Shown here one piece after another: positions 1-12,987 of a DNA stretch of 64,000 nt. The notes under the pieces are model-generated. The model did not search any database, was not told the DNA's origin, and saw only the letters and a list, made by a program, of their open reading frames with translations. The stretch spans positions 2,976,001 through 3,040,000 of the forward strand of contig NEEC01000013.1 of NCBI GenBank assembly GCA_002189035.1. The letters are read 5' to 3'. Each line of letters begins with the position of its first letter. Position 1 is the stretch's first letter. The DNA comes from Utricularia gibba (lineage: Eukaryota > Plantae > Magnoliophyta). Position numbers and translations under genes: made by a program.

Positions 1-155
1 ATAGACCCAATAGCAGCGTATGTTGTTTTGTGAGTTACTTCGGCCAGGGCAGTCTATGCCTTGGTTAGTTGGTTGCTTCAATTTGTTTGCTTTCAGGGTG
101 GCTTTTGATTCTCACAAGCACTTGAATTGTATGCTACTGTTTTTGTGCAGAGGAA

Positions 156-2194
156 ATGGATATGATGGCTGGAAAAGATGCCGAGCTCCAGCAAGAGGGT
201 AACAAACCAGTGAATTATCAGAACATCACCAATGCTTCAATGGCTTCAGTGGGAAACACAGCGATGGATTTATCTGCTTCTTCAGCTGCTCCAATGATTG
301 ATTCATTTGGACCTTTCGTATGGGAGCATCGTTTGGATGCTCCGAACTTTGGCTACTCCGATATGAACTTTCATGATGCTGCCACTTCTATTAGTTCTCC
401 TTCCATAAGAGCTGATATGGGACTACACCAAGATCTGGCTTTCACAAAGGACATTCCTCAACCGAGTTTTCCCACTATTATGTCTCAGAGGGTACCTCAT
501 CTTCCAACTGATTCAGATTTCATTGAACGAGCTGCGAGGTTGTCATCATTCGGAGGGACTTTTGCACAAATGTTGATCCCTTTTCCTCATCCTCAGTCGA
601 TGAATCCGTTTGCTTTGAAACCAGCGACTGGAATGCAGTCCCAAAGGGATGAAAAAGACGTAGCTGAAGATCGAAAATTTCTCAAGAATGGTACCACTTG
701 TGGAAGCCTTTTTGTGAAGCATTTCGATGAGGCAAAATGTGGAGCTGGTGTTTATGGAAATGAGTCTGATGATGCTGAACATAGCCAGGAGAGGCAGCTG
801 AACGACATGGAGGAGAATTCGATTCCAAAAGGACTCGACTCTAAAAAGAAAAGGAAGCATGCTGAACAGGTTTACATTGTTCATCATTCATCAGATATCA
901 TAATGCTTAATATTTTAGTAGAATCCACACAATCTGATGAAAATCCGCAAAGAATAGAGTAGCATTCGATTATGCAGTGAGTCAAATACCTTGGTTTTCC
1001 AGGATAAAAATAAAGAAGCTGTGAAGCTAGAGTTTGAAAGAAAGAAGGAAAGTGAGGACACAAAACCAATCGGTGGGAAAAATCTAACCACAACAAGTGC
1101 CTTTGGAGGCAAGCATGCCAAAACTCAATGCTCAGATCTTCCAAAAGAAGGTTATGTTCATATTAGAGCGAGAAGAGGCCAGGCAACGAACAGCCATAGT
1201 CTTGCCGAACGAGTGAGGATCCCTCAAACTTGAACATTTGTTAAAGAAGGCTGTATTCATTCATATTTCCAATATAATGCAGGTAAGAAGGGAGAAGATC
1301 AGTGAAAGGATGAAGTTTCTTCAGGACCTTGTGCCTGGTTGTAATAAGGTATGAAAATCATCATGTACGTTAATTTAATCGTGATAGATGAGTTAAGCTT
1401 TTGCTCCAAGGAACTCATTTCAAACCAGTTTGACAACTCGTTGAACCTAAAGTGGTCAGCTTTCAGGTTCAAAGAGAAATTTGGTTTATGAAACAAATTG
1501 ACGAAACACATGTTGTTTTAACTGATGTCCAAGTTTTCAGGTCACTGGCAAAGCTGTGATGCTTGATGAAATTATCAATTATGTTCAATCACTACAGCGA
1601 CAAATTGAGGTGCTGAACTCTTCCAAACATTTAAGGCATCAGCTTATCTTGTCATGAATTTGAGATGAAGATAGCTGTCTTTACTAGTTCATCACTGCTC
1701 TGTTTCAGTTCCTATCGATGAAACTCGCCACCGTGTATCCTCATATGGACGTTAACCTTGAAGAATATGCATCCAAAAATGTAAGAATCCATGTTTAAGC
1801 ACTCCCAACAAGTGATTTCCCTTGCTTTGTTATGGTTCGACAGGTGTGAGGTGCGCTATCTTTGCAGGGATTTCAAAGCCACTCTGCGGAAGCTCCCTTT
1901 CCTGCTGCACTTCACTCCCCACAACACGGATTAACGCAGATGGGAACTTCGCCCTTAATCATCCGAACACCGATGAACCTTCTGCCTGATTTAGAATGTG
2001 GATCACTCAGAGAACCTGCACCCCAAGTAATATTTCCTCTATGAAATTGGAAAAAATGCGTTTTGGATTACCATTTTAGAGCCATATACATACAGGTACC
2101 GAATGTGTGGGAAGATGAGCTTCACAACATTGTACACATGGGACTTAACTCGAGTGTTCCAAGTAGCCAAGATGTAAAAGGATCATCTCATTAG
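156..2194 (+). CDS. bHLH transcription factor, CIB1/bHLH49-like (subfamily XII), multi-exon
   Basis: Spliced exons (156-869, 1003-1212, 1283-1348, from 1541, from 1710, from about 1868, 2096-2194) give [74 protein letters not shown] and a C-terminal [12 protein letters not shown] motif. Canonical GT-AG sites. An upstream intron at 18-150 means the 5' end may lie outside the window. Confidence 0.92.
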
Positions 2195-2992
2195 CTGATC
2201 AGCATCGCCTTCCAACTTGCGATGCCTTGATGGTCTCCATCGTCTGATACGCCATGATCCTCTCATACTCAAAACTTTCACTCATCAAGCTAAAGCCAGC
2301 AACAGCTCAACAAGCAAGCCTTGCTTCTGAGCATTGGGGAAGAGTTAGTGTTTGTGATTGCTTGCCCGAACATGATAGACGCTGTCTAGCTAAGCTTTAA
2401 GTAGTGTTTGGAAGATAAGCTTGAGGCATCTGGTTCATGCAAGAGTTATTGGCAGGAAGAGGATCACAGAAGTGTGCATATATTATTGAATGTACAAGTT
2501 TATGCAGCATTATCATTCTTTCTTTGATTGTCTTGTCATGCAATGCCATTTATCACTTTTTAAAAACAAAACTAACTCAAACATTAGAACAGAATGCCAT
2601 ATCCATTGAACAGAATATCATAGTGCAGTTAACGCTATTTATAATGTAGAATGTGACAGAACCTGATAATGTCGGTTGGACTTGTTAAGATTTTTGTGAG
2701 ATTTATTACTATCAACAAGAAGAATATTTATAGAAATGTATCATCTTTAGCAAGGGACCGGACCAGCTCATCGCTGCCGGTAGACCGTGGAGGTCAGGAG
2801 CTGGTGCTGCGATGGCTGGCGCATTTTGATAAACTTTTGTAGCTTACTGTTGATTTCTATGATACTTCCGCCGGATATTTTCTGCTTTTCACTGCGAAAT
2901 AGTATTTAAATTTTGTAGGGTGTATTTTTTACCGGAGTCTCTGCGTTGTCCGAGTGAAAAGAGTCTCCATTGGGGGAGAAACACGAAAAGAA

Positions 2993-5189
2993 ATGAAGGC
3001 TGGGAAGAATCATCAGGAAGAGGAAGAGGACGAGGATGAAGAATTTGGCGGGAAGAGAGACATAGATGTCATCCATCAACGAATCCCAGCAGAGGTTTTG
3101 TAGACCAACTTTTTGTTCCCTTAACAGTTTGCGCGAGCTGAATCCGTGATGACCCACCTTTTCTTTTTTGATATTTCTCCTTTCTGTGGATGGGGAGGAG
3201 GGTGGAGGGTGATTTTGTAATGTGACTAGGTGTAAGCTTATGAACTTTTGTCAGATGGAAAAAGCAGCGGCAAGGCGAATGTCACAAGGTCTAAACACTC
3301 TGTCACGGAACAGAGGCGACGGAGAAAGATAAACGAAAGGTAGTGAAATTTTGTATAACTGGCAAGGTTGGTGACCTGAAATTTTATGTTTTGCGTATTC
3401 CTTTGATGTTAGCTGATGGCGTACTTCTTGCTGGAAATTCCATGGATGCCATAGGCTAGAAGTAACAATTGCTATCCATGAATGAAAAATGAAGTCTTGG
3501 TGATGCCTCTTATGTATTGGCTGAAGAAATCCGCCAAGATAGCCCGTTGTGGCCTTCTTCAAGAAGGAGATCAGCATGCATATTTGTGCTTCTATACCTG
3601 CCACATTTTACATAAGTCTCACGGGCTTCTTCATCTGTTATGCTTTACCTATCTGCATGCTTATCTCCTATTGATTTTCTTTCGGGCTGTTTGTTGAGTT
3701 CTATTGTGAAGTTTGGTGCAGAAATTCTTATTTTTGGTATATTTCAACTCTCTTGATTGCAATGGATGAATGCAATTTCCCATTTAAGTTTGCTACCACA
3801 CTTGATCAGCTAAAGAAACTTTGTTTTTCTTGTGCTTCAGATATCAAATACTGAAAAGGCTTATACCTGACAGTGATCCGAAGAGAGACACTGCATCATT
3901 TTTATTAGAGGTATAATGCTATTTCCTTTTTTTTTAGTTTTGAATGTGGTTCATTAAAAAATGAATTTACAACCATTGTATTCAGTGGGCTGCATTGTCT
4001 CTCGTGAGATCTGAATGTGTATTGAAATTAGTAGTTTCCTGGTTCCATAATCTGAATGCTGATCATCATTCTTAGGTGATTAATTATGTGAAATTTTTAC
4101 AAGAGAAGGTCCAAAAGTACGAGGGGTCATATCAAACATGGAGTTCAGGGCCTACAAAGTTGATGCCCTGGGTAAATTTTAGCATGTGTTTCATTTTCTT
4201 TTTTTAATTTTGTTGGTCATAAATGTATGTTGATCTCCTTCAAATTTATCTTCAGCCAACTGACTTTTTTTTTTTGTTTTGGAAAAGAGAAACAGTCACT
4301 GGCCTGTCCATAGTTTTGTTAGCGAGTCACAGAATTCTGCATTGAGGCATTCGGTTCAGCAGAATTCTGTTGAACAGGAAGCACATTGTGGGTCCCTGGA
4401 CCAGGAAACCGAGCTATCTAAAAGTTCGATGGGCATCCCATTGCATCTGCATACCAACTTGCCATACCCCATTTTGAATAATAGTGCTTTTTCCAATGTT
4501 TTAGATGGTCCTCCTCCAGATGGACCAACAGGATGGCCTAGCTATTGTGATGCACTAAACCACCAAGGTGAGCTGAAAAATGAAGGGGGAACCGTTAGTA
4601 TCTCCAGCCTTTACTCACAAAGGTGAGCTTTTGTATCCATTTGAGGAAAATTTTATTCCAAAAGGTAGATTGCTGGGACTCTTTTTCGTTCATTCTCATT
4701 ATTTTTAAAATCCTGTCGTGCAATTTCATTTGCATTGTTATCTTCACCACATGAGCTGTCTATTAAAATCATTCAACAGTTGTGGCACAAAATCATCAGG
4801 CTGTTAAAAGCATTTAATAATTGTGAATCTTGCACTGTACTTAGTTTTTTTCTGATCACCGTTTCCTAAACCACGGCCAGGTTGTTGAATTCATTGACTC
4901 AAGCCCTTCAGCTCACGGGTTTGGATCTCTCTCAAGCCACTGTGTCAGTCAAGGTCAATCTTGGGAAGCAAGTGGATAGAAGTTCTATGACGAGGATAAG
5001 TCCCAAGGTAGGTAATGTTAAAATACAACAAGGTGTGTGTCCTTAACTGAAACTCCAATGTGTCTGTCTACTGCTAAATTCCAGGATCATGGTATTCCTT
5101 TGATGCCTGGTGGCCAGGCTGTCGGAAACTTTGAAGAACCTGGTCAAGGTGAAGATGTGGATCGAAGTAAAAAAAGACAGAAGGCATGA
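2993..5189 (+). CDS. BIM2: BIM (BES1-interacting Myc-like) bHLH; exon 1 is out of frame as assembled
   Basis: Exon 1 reads [23 protein letters not shown]. Exons 3255-3339, 3841-3910, 4077-4172, about 4290-4622, 4881-5007 and 5085-5189 give [27 protein letters not shown]...[27 protein letters not shown]...KLMPWRNSHW...[23 protein letters not shown], matching recalled BIM2. One extra base is needed in exon 1 (see findings). Confidence 0.85.
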
Positions 5190-5544
5190 GAATCTGTATG
5201 CTTCGAGTTCATGGTGATCCTCGTGTTGTATAATAATTGACCACTGCTTGCTATGGACATGGTTGATCCATGGGTGTCGGTGGTATGAACAATTGAGAAA
5301 TCCTTATGGGTGTTGTTGTTTATTCTTCTCTGTTAAAATCACAAAGTTGGATTCCTCGGCTTCCAGTCAATTCTAATCCAAACTTGATTCACTGTTCGGC
5401 TAGTAATGCGAAGTTGAAGATAGTTATGGGTAAATATTACCCAACAAAAAAAGTGTAGTGTATACCTGCAAAATCCATTGCAAAGGAGAAGAATATCTTG
5501 TTGTATGCATTTGCTATGTGTGATGAAGTGATGATAATTGTAGC

Positions 5545-6934
5545 TTAGAATCTACAGCATAACAGGCCTGATCTCCAACCTTTTTGTTTTCGGAAATGCC
5601 TCCTATCTGCTTTTGCCATCCTAGCCGGGCTGCTGTTCCACTCGGATTGTAATCTGTCAAGAGTACGTCAAGGAAGACAGACACGGCGTGGTGACAAGAT
5701 CAACAAGAAAAATATGCTTACATTGGGAAGGCGAAGGACCGGGTACTGGCAGTGCTAGCATCTGACCGGTGAGAAAGGCTCCCAGAACGTGGGATAGAGC
5801 CTGGAGGAGGTGATGAAGTCGAAGCAGAGAAGCTCGCCTCTCCCTCATCATGTAGCAACTGGCTGGAAAGTGAAACACTTTCCTTGTTTCTAACTTCATT
5901 TTGTGGCAATGATACACCGTCGACTTTTCTCCAGCTTTGGCTCAATGTACTACACAAGTCCCCTTCTCCTATGCCGTTTTCAGTTTTGCTCTCAAGAGAG
6001 GGAGGATTGCTTTTTGAATCAAGTTCACCCTCGGAATATGATGCATTGCATGCTACTCTTGTATCGGAATCAGCAGTTTGTTTGGTGATGTCTTCATCTA
6101 ATGCAATATTCTTGTTTAACGGCATGGAAGAGTTGAAATTGAAAGTAATGCTTTCACTCCCCACCTCACTTTTGTAATTGTGACCAGCACCTTCAAAATG
6201 GTCATTTGGAACTCCAATTTCATGTAAAGATGGAGTAGAACCCTCACAAGCAGGCATTTCATGAGAAACCTGTGGATGCTCAATTAATCAGGATCTTCAC
6301 TAATTTCAGATATTGCAATAAGTTTGGCTTTTTGCATGTTACCTGAGGTTTTCCTCCACAACTTAATCACTAAAAATGCAAGAACAAGCACAATCGAAAT
6401 CAGATCACCAATGTTGAATGATGCATTGAAGGTAAAGCTAACCTTATCAGGTGGTTCTGCGGTGAACTCATCATTCTTCAGTTCTCTTTCCCTGACTGTA
6501 TCAGATATTAGATTACTTCCCCCACCCGAAATCGAATGGTTTTCTCCCTTTGCTTCCGATGGAGTCGCAGTCGAGCTCTTGGTGGATGAAGCCTCCTCAG
6601 CTTGGTGATGGACTTCATAATGGGAAGTGTCATCCTTGAGAGTCTCTGTCACATTTTCCTGCTTCCCAGTCATTATTTCATCAACTTCATTCTTGTTCAG
6701 AACCTCCATCCCAAGTTCAGAATGCAGGACATTTTTATCAGTGAAAATTGAGTCTACTTTAGATGCTTCAATCTCATCTCTAGACTCTCCCCTGTTTATA
6801 TTTCCAGAATCATCGCCAGCATTTGCATCGATGGCTACGTAATCTTGCGTATATCCCAGAGATTGGGGATCGATCTCCTTGCTCAAGGCTTCAGACCCAT
6901 AAAATGATCCTTTCTGATTCCTCTTCATGGCCAT
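5545..6934 (-). CDS. BASL-related / '18S pre-ribosomal assembly gar2-related' plant protein (At2g03810/At1g13650-like)
   Basis: Three coding exons (6934-6443, 6269-5721, about 5653-5545). The spliced C-terminus SGSLSHRSDASTASTRSFAFPILQSEWNSSPARMAKADRRHFRKQKGWRSGLLCCRF* is the family hallmark. Confidence 0.85.
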
Positions 6935-8284
6935 ACTTCCCCTGCGGCACCAAAGACGGACAGACACCACACTCAAAAGAGTTAGATCAAAAACAAGTCC
7001 GAGAAATCCTCCATTTTTATGACAAACATGAGACAAAGATATGGCAAAATCTATATACAATCAACAGCGAGAAGAAGCAGCATCACAATCAGTGATCTAA
7101 GGAAGTGTGACGCCAACTCATGATCAACGACTCCCGATCACATTTCAGAGAAACTAAAATCATCATCATAATGATATACGATAGATCACCAGCGAAAAGA
7201 AATCCCAACAGCTTAAATACTGGAAACAGGAAAACCGTTCACGAATCACGAGAGCCCCCCCACTAAGATCTCAACAAACTTCCATTCCATACCCGTCGCC
7301 ATAAAAATATCAAACCCGAGGTAAGTAAATACCCAGCAATTCCCTCCGCTCACTGCGACGATTACACAAACACATTAGCTGCATATAAATACATCTCAAG
7401 AGCGAAAAAAGGGTATTATGAGCCAGTGTCAACCATCCCAATGGTCAACCCCTGAACCCATCATAAACTATAGAACAGAATAATGTGGCTGCCCACTTCA
7501 AAGTTGACGCTTTTTTTTCCCTTTCTGCTGATCCAACACAACACGCTGGCAGTACATTTGCAGGGCTAACGATGAAATAGCCAGTCTAGTCGTTGGTGAA
7601 GTGAAAGTCAACTAAAAGGAGTTCCAAGAAAATCATGTACAGGCTTCGTCGTTTCCTTGTTGAGGAAATTAATGTCGCTTGCTGATCAATGGGAAGATAA
7701 ATGGGCCGGTGCGTGCAGCCCAATAGTGAAGACTGGGCCCCAGGCCTCTTCATGTAACCGATCCTTTTATCACTTTTTACATATTTGCCCCCGAAGTTTC
7801 AATTTCTTTGAAATTAGATAACTGGTTATCAAGTATTTGATATAATTTTTTGTAATTGAATTTATAGAAAATGTTTTCCAAATAATATTATTCTTAGTAT
7901 CTTGATATTACGAAAGCCCACATAAAAATGTTTAACTATTACTCATGTATTAAATAACAAAAATGTTCAATTAAATATTAATTTTCATTAAATGCATAAA
8001 TTAGAGTGCAAAAAATTAAGATTTCATGTTTTACTCAATGTACTACTTTGAAGCAATGCTCTGTTCATTCTTATGAGAAGTTGCATGCCATTAAAATTTT
8101 CTGGTGTTTTTTTTTTCTCAGAAGACACAACAATGATAAAGAACATGCCCCTCTTCGATCCAACACTCCCTGCCGTGCACAAGATTGGACAACATGAAAA
8201 AAAAAAAACTAGGTTCTGGCATTGGCATCACATCACAGCACACCACATTGTCTGAAACAGGTCTCCAGAAAACGTGCTTCAACC

Positions 8285-9275
8285 CTAAGAAGAGTTGCTC
8301 TGAGTCAATGACTTGTAGGAAAAATGAGTGAGAGAGATAAGTGAAGGAGCTCTAACATTTTTGCTGCTGCTGGAGACTGAACCATCTGATGAACTTGGGA
8401 TGTACCTAGCCCACTTTGGAGAAGAAAAAAAAAGAAGCTTAGTGTGTTAATTGCTTTCCTGGAGTCGAAAACCGGTTCCGCTTACGTTCTTTGCTGCAGT
8501 GCTGAAGGCCTCTCGGTGAGGTATCTCGGGATGAGCTGCTTTGATGCGCTGTATCTCCTCTCTGGAAAATGGTGTCAAAATTTTAAGGTTTCTTGTTTTA
8601 TTTACAGGGTATTGTCTAGGGAGAGACGTACTTCATGAAGCGATTGTAAGCGGAAGGGAGGCGGTGCTTCTTCTCCGGAGCTGAAAATGGGGTGGAAGTG
8701 AACTGTTGGAAATGGTAAAGAGGATCGAAGATGTAAATGGTACGTTCATACGTTTCACGACGAACTGCGCTTTCGGAGACGGCGGATCGGTCGATATAGT
8801 TAAGGAAGTTGAAGAAGAGGCCTTCTTGAAATCACTGCCCAAACCCTACGTGCAGAAAAGAAAAAGGTGAACGACATTAATAACTAACTCACAGCAGGTT
8901 GCAAGGTTTACCTGATGGGCAGAAGGTTGATGGTGATCATTGGGAGGAGACTTGGTAGTCAGGAATGAGAGATTGCCGCAGTGCCCACACTTCACAGTCA
9001 CAGTTTCCATCAATCTCTTATAAGGAATCCCAACCTAAACACATGTAAATCAAACAAATCAAATTCATTCATCCTCTGCTTGTTCATGTGTTTGTGTGGC
9101 AGCAGTTTTTGAAGAAGCCCTAGAAGGGAAATTGTCAAAAAGCAGAGGAAAAAAAGCAGCTGTACATGGCAATTAGTTGTTTTAGGGTTTATACCGCAAG
9201 AATGGTGTTGCAGAAGTTGCAGCGCACATAGCAGAGATGCTGATCAGCAGACTGCTGGGAACCAGAATGCTCCAT
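8285..9275 (-). CDS. CRC: YABBY transcription factor CRABS CLAW
   Basis: Spliced exons give [40 protein letters not shown] (zinc finger) and [52 protein letters not shown] (YABBY domain). VGIP..KR and WARYIP are CRC-clade features. The exact 3' end is uncertain. Confidence 0.9.
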
Positions 9276-10779
9276 GGTGAGGTGAAATCTATGAGGAAGA
9301 CGAAGAAGGGAAGCACTATTTATAGCCTAGGAATACAGAGAGAGAAAGACAGAAGCAGAAATCAAGGGTTTTCAGAAGATGTTGGGAGACAAAGCGAGGT
9401 CTACATGAAAAACAAAGTAGGAAATGAAGATTAGAGTTTTGGATTTGTGGTCTATAGCTATGCAAACTTGGTGATGAAATACGCACACACAAGAAAAAAA
9501 AACTGAATCAAACTCATCCCCTACTTGTCTCATAAGCACTACAAGATCCCATGAACTCCCCATGTTGGATACTCAAAACATATCAGTGTTAAAAACGTTA
9601 AGGTTTATCATTGAATCCGCATGGTGGTTTGACTATAGAACTCTAGTTTTCAAGAAGGCAACTCTTGATCTTTATACTACGAGGAAAATTCAGGTCGAAG
9701 CAGGTCCATGGGCACACACTGCCTGCGTTCTCATACCAACTTCTCAATGAAGAAGAGAAGCGTGAAAGATGACACAGACTTGTGCACTCGTGCAGTTTGT
9801 GCTGCGCATCGAACATATCAGTGAAGTATGAGAAATTTGCAAAAGGAAAAAAGAAGACAAGAAGCAAGATTCGAGATGATTGTCCGTATGATTCGAGCAA
9901 TCAAATCTGGTTTTCCCAAAGCCATTTTCGTATCATCGTATGGTCTTTGCACCACCTCTCCTCGAACTGCGACCCTTGCCACTCTCATCTCAGTCAACAT
10001 GAGCAATAAAATAAATCCAAAATCAACCTAATATTTCTAACCACAGCTTTTTCTCTTTTTACTCATGTGTTTTTGCCACTGTCAAATGTTATTATTCCCT
10101 CTGATGTAGCTCCCTAAGAACACAATCTAACAGCTCATATCCCATAGTTTTACTAACTCACGAGTGCGAACCCCCCAAGCATCACTACACTGCAGAGATG
10201 AAGGTGGGATGTGACTCCTCCATGACTAGGGTGAAAAAAACAAGCTTTTCACTTAAATCTCGACAGTTTCCTGTGTAGTGTAAACCGAATTCAACCCTCG
10301 TCCTTGCCCTTTCTCTCTGTCTTTTCAATTCCACCTGAAACGAAACAAAACAAAACAAACCCATCATTCCAAAACGCCAAAAATGATCGCATATTTGAGG
10401 CAGCAGAGAGAGAGATGGTTGGTGGTAAGGCAATAATAATTGTTATTTATATTTTATTATCAGAGTATGCATTTATTTGTTCTGGGGTTTTTGCATGGAT
10501 TTGGACACCATCATGTCATCTATGCATCAGGGTTCTGGGTATCTCTTTCGGGGAATTCGGACATGACTTGTCCTTGAATCCCTTGCTACTCCTGTCTTGC
10601 TGTGGATGGAATCTCCTTCTCCATCGATCCTCAAACCTACGTGGTGTCTGAATGCGCTAGTGGGGAAATTGTTTTTAATTCCACATATTAATCTATTTAA
10701 ATCCCAGTTATTCTCATTTAAAAAAAAAAAAAAAAAGCATAGAAATGAGTACAAGTACGGCCTGAGCCACTTGGACTTC

Positions 10780-10990
10780 GGCATGCGCTTTGGGCTCCAT
10801 ACATGGGCCCACCGAGTACTGTAAAAGGGAAGGCCCGGAATCGCTCAAAGGCCCATATCCGACCCAATTGAAGAAATTAAACCCGACGGGCAGCAGCAGC
10901 CGCAAGTGGTGTGAAGGAAGAAGACCCTGATCGGTGCATTCCCCTCCCCCCTGCAAAATCAATTCCTCTTCCTCCGGAACCCTAACCCCT
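10780..10990 (+). promoter_or_regulatory. Cluster of TCP site II-like motifs plus a telo-box-like element, with no recognised downstream gene
   Basis: TGGGCC/GGCCCA/AGGCCC motifs at about 10790-10856 and AACCCTAACCC at about 10979, followed by a GC-rich 300 bp tract. Confidence 0.4.
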
Positions 10991-12987
10991 GATTTCTTCT
11001 GGTTTCGCGGAGTCATCGGGCGGGGGATTAGAGCCGGCGGGTACTGGCGCTTCCCGAAGTCGATGGAATGGAACCGTGACAGCAGCACCGCCTTGTTTAT
11101 CAGAGCAGGACCACTTTTCTCCGGTGGGAGTCTCGTTACAAGAGTGGAAGTTGGTCTGTGGAGGTTGCCGGTCAAATCCGGAGAGCACTTATTAGCCATC
11201 AATGACCAACTTCTCAATGCAAATAATGAACTCCGAAGTTCAATTACTCAGTCCGCCCCGCGCCTCAGCACCAATAACAAAGTTACAAATATTTGCCATC
11301 ATTTCGTGTTCTATAAAATAATCAATTTTATTTTTAAATAATAACGAATACTATTATAAAAAAGAGTATAATCATATTTTTTTATTAAGCCACTTTTAGG
11401 AAATTATTTTTCAACAAGCCTAATCAAATGAAGCATTTTCATACAGATGATTATGATACAGTTAAAAGGTTAGGAGGGATGGGAGTTGGGACGTTTGTTA
11501 GAATAATTTAATCAATAATACACATTCTTTTATTAAAATTAAAAGTTTTTTAATGAATATAAATTTCATAAACAAAATAGATGAAAAAAAAAGTAATACA
11601 TACTCTTAGTTGATTGTGAAAATGCAAGAAGCATACAAGTTTAAAAAATATAATTAAAATAATTATGCAGGTGTTTTAAAAAAATCATGCATGTATTAAA
11701 TAAATATAGTTTTCTTAACATAAACAAGTCTATGAAACACGATGACGATGCATTTTGGTTGTGACTGGATCACGAGATGCCTAAGGAAATAAGTCCTTAG
11801 GGGGGTATACAAAAATGGGGTAGCTTTTGGTTAAGGGTAAATGCAAGGTGCCATTATTCCACAAGAGGCCATGGGTCATGGGTTATGGGATGGTTGCCTT
11901 GCCCTACCCCTCTCCCTTCCTCACCTAATGCCACCCACCCAAATACCAATATTCAAGTACTGGATACGTCCACGAGAAACGGTTCGATTAGGAGGACATA
12001 ACCGTTTCTTGATTTTTTTTGTTTGAAAGAACGGCTTGCCCAACCGTCGAGTCTAGTTGTTGATACCGACCTACGATGTTGCTTTGTTGCTTTTGTGAAA
12101 TGCCATTCTTTAATGTTTCGATTTCCCTTTTGGGTCGCAGGCGCGAACAGAAAAATGATGACTTTGCTGAAAGGGAGCACTTGGGGAGATTTGCTGGAGA
12201 TTTGTGATGATGGTGAGCTTCTGGTTTCTGCACCCGGCTGCGAAAGAAAATGTATATAAAGCGAATAAACCCATGAAGGTTGGATTTTTGTTTTCTGTTT
12301 TTTGACATAAAGATTGGATTTTGAATTTATCAGAAATACGAGATGAATCCAAGAAGTGGTCAAGGTTTTGATCCCTGAAGCAACAAACTTTTGCATCGAA
12401 TGAGTACACGTGTTACCCATTTCAGGATCTGGTTCTCTCGCTCTCTGCCTTCCCTCCAGAGGCGTAGTTCCTTTTCATGCATGGAATTCTTCTTCTTCCA
12501 GCTTCCGCAACAAACAAAAAGTGTTTGTTAGTCAGTCTGAGAGAGAGAGATAGAGAGAGTTTAGTGGGAGTGAAAGGGGGGAGAAGAAAAAGTCTCTCGG
12601 TTTCTGTTTTGATTCTCCATCTCGCTATCACTTAACGATTCATCTCCTCAAAAAAGTTTGATTCTTTACCAACATTAAATTTGTTTTGTTTTCTTGCTTG
12701 TTGGTGTTTCTCCTTTTCTTTTTCCCTCTTTCGCAATCTTGCATCGTTCGTTTCTCGGGATTCTGGAGATCTGCGTCTCCTTCCTTTCAGTTACCCCAGT
12801 TGCAAGATCCTCAGAAATCGCTGGTTTGTTCTACAGATATGTACAGCCTTCCTTTAAGCTTCGTATCGATTCAGTGACGCTTTTTTTTTTTTTTTTTATC
12901 TGGGTTCTGGTGTTTGTTGTCAGTGATTTGTGGGTGTTGCTGCTTTTGCTCTTTTAAAATGTTGAGTTACTCTATCGAACCATCGAA

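Noticed and set aside
6935-7060. ORF-track N-terminal extension of the BASL-like gene (MYIDFAISL...)
   Set aside because: Looks like 5' UTR or intron sequence; family-like sequence starts at MAMKRNQK.
12155-12260. Box C-like ATGATGA and a short ORF upstream of the zinc-finger gene
   Set aside because: No properly placed terminal box D or stem and no recognisable rRNA guide; the peptide matches nothing I know.
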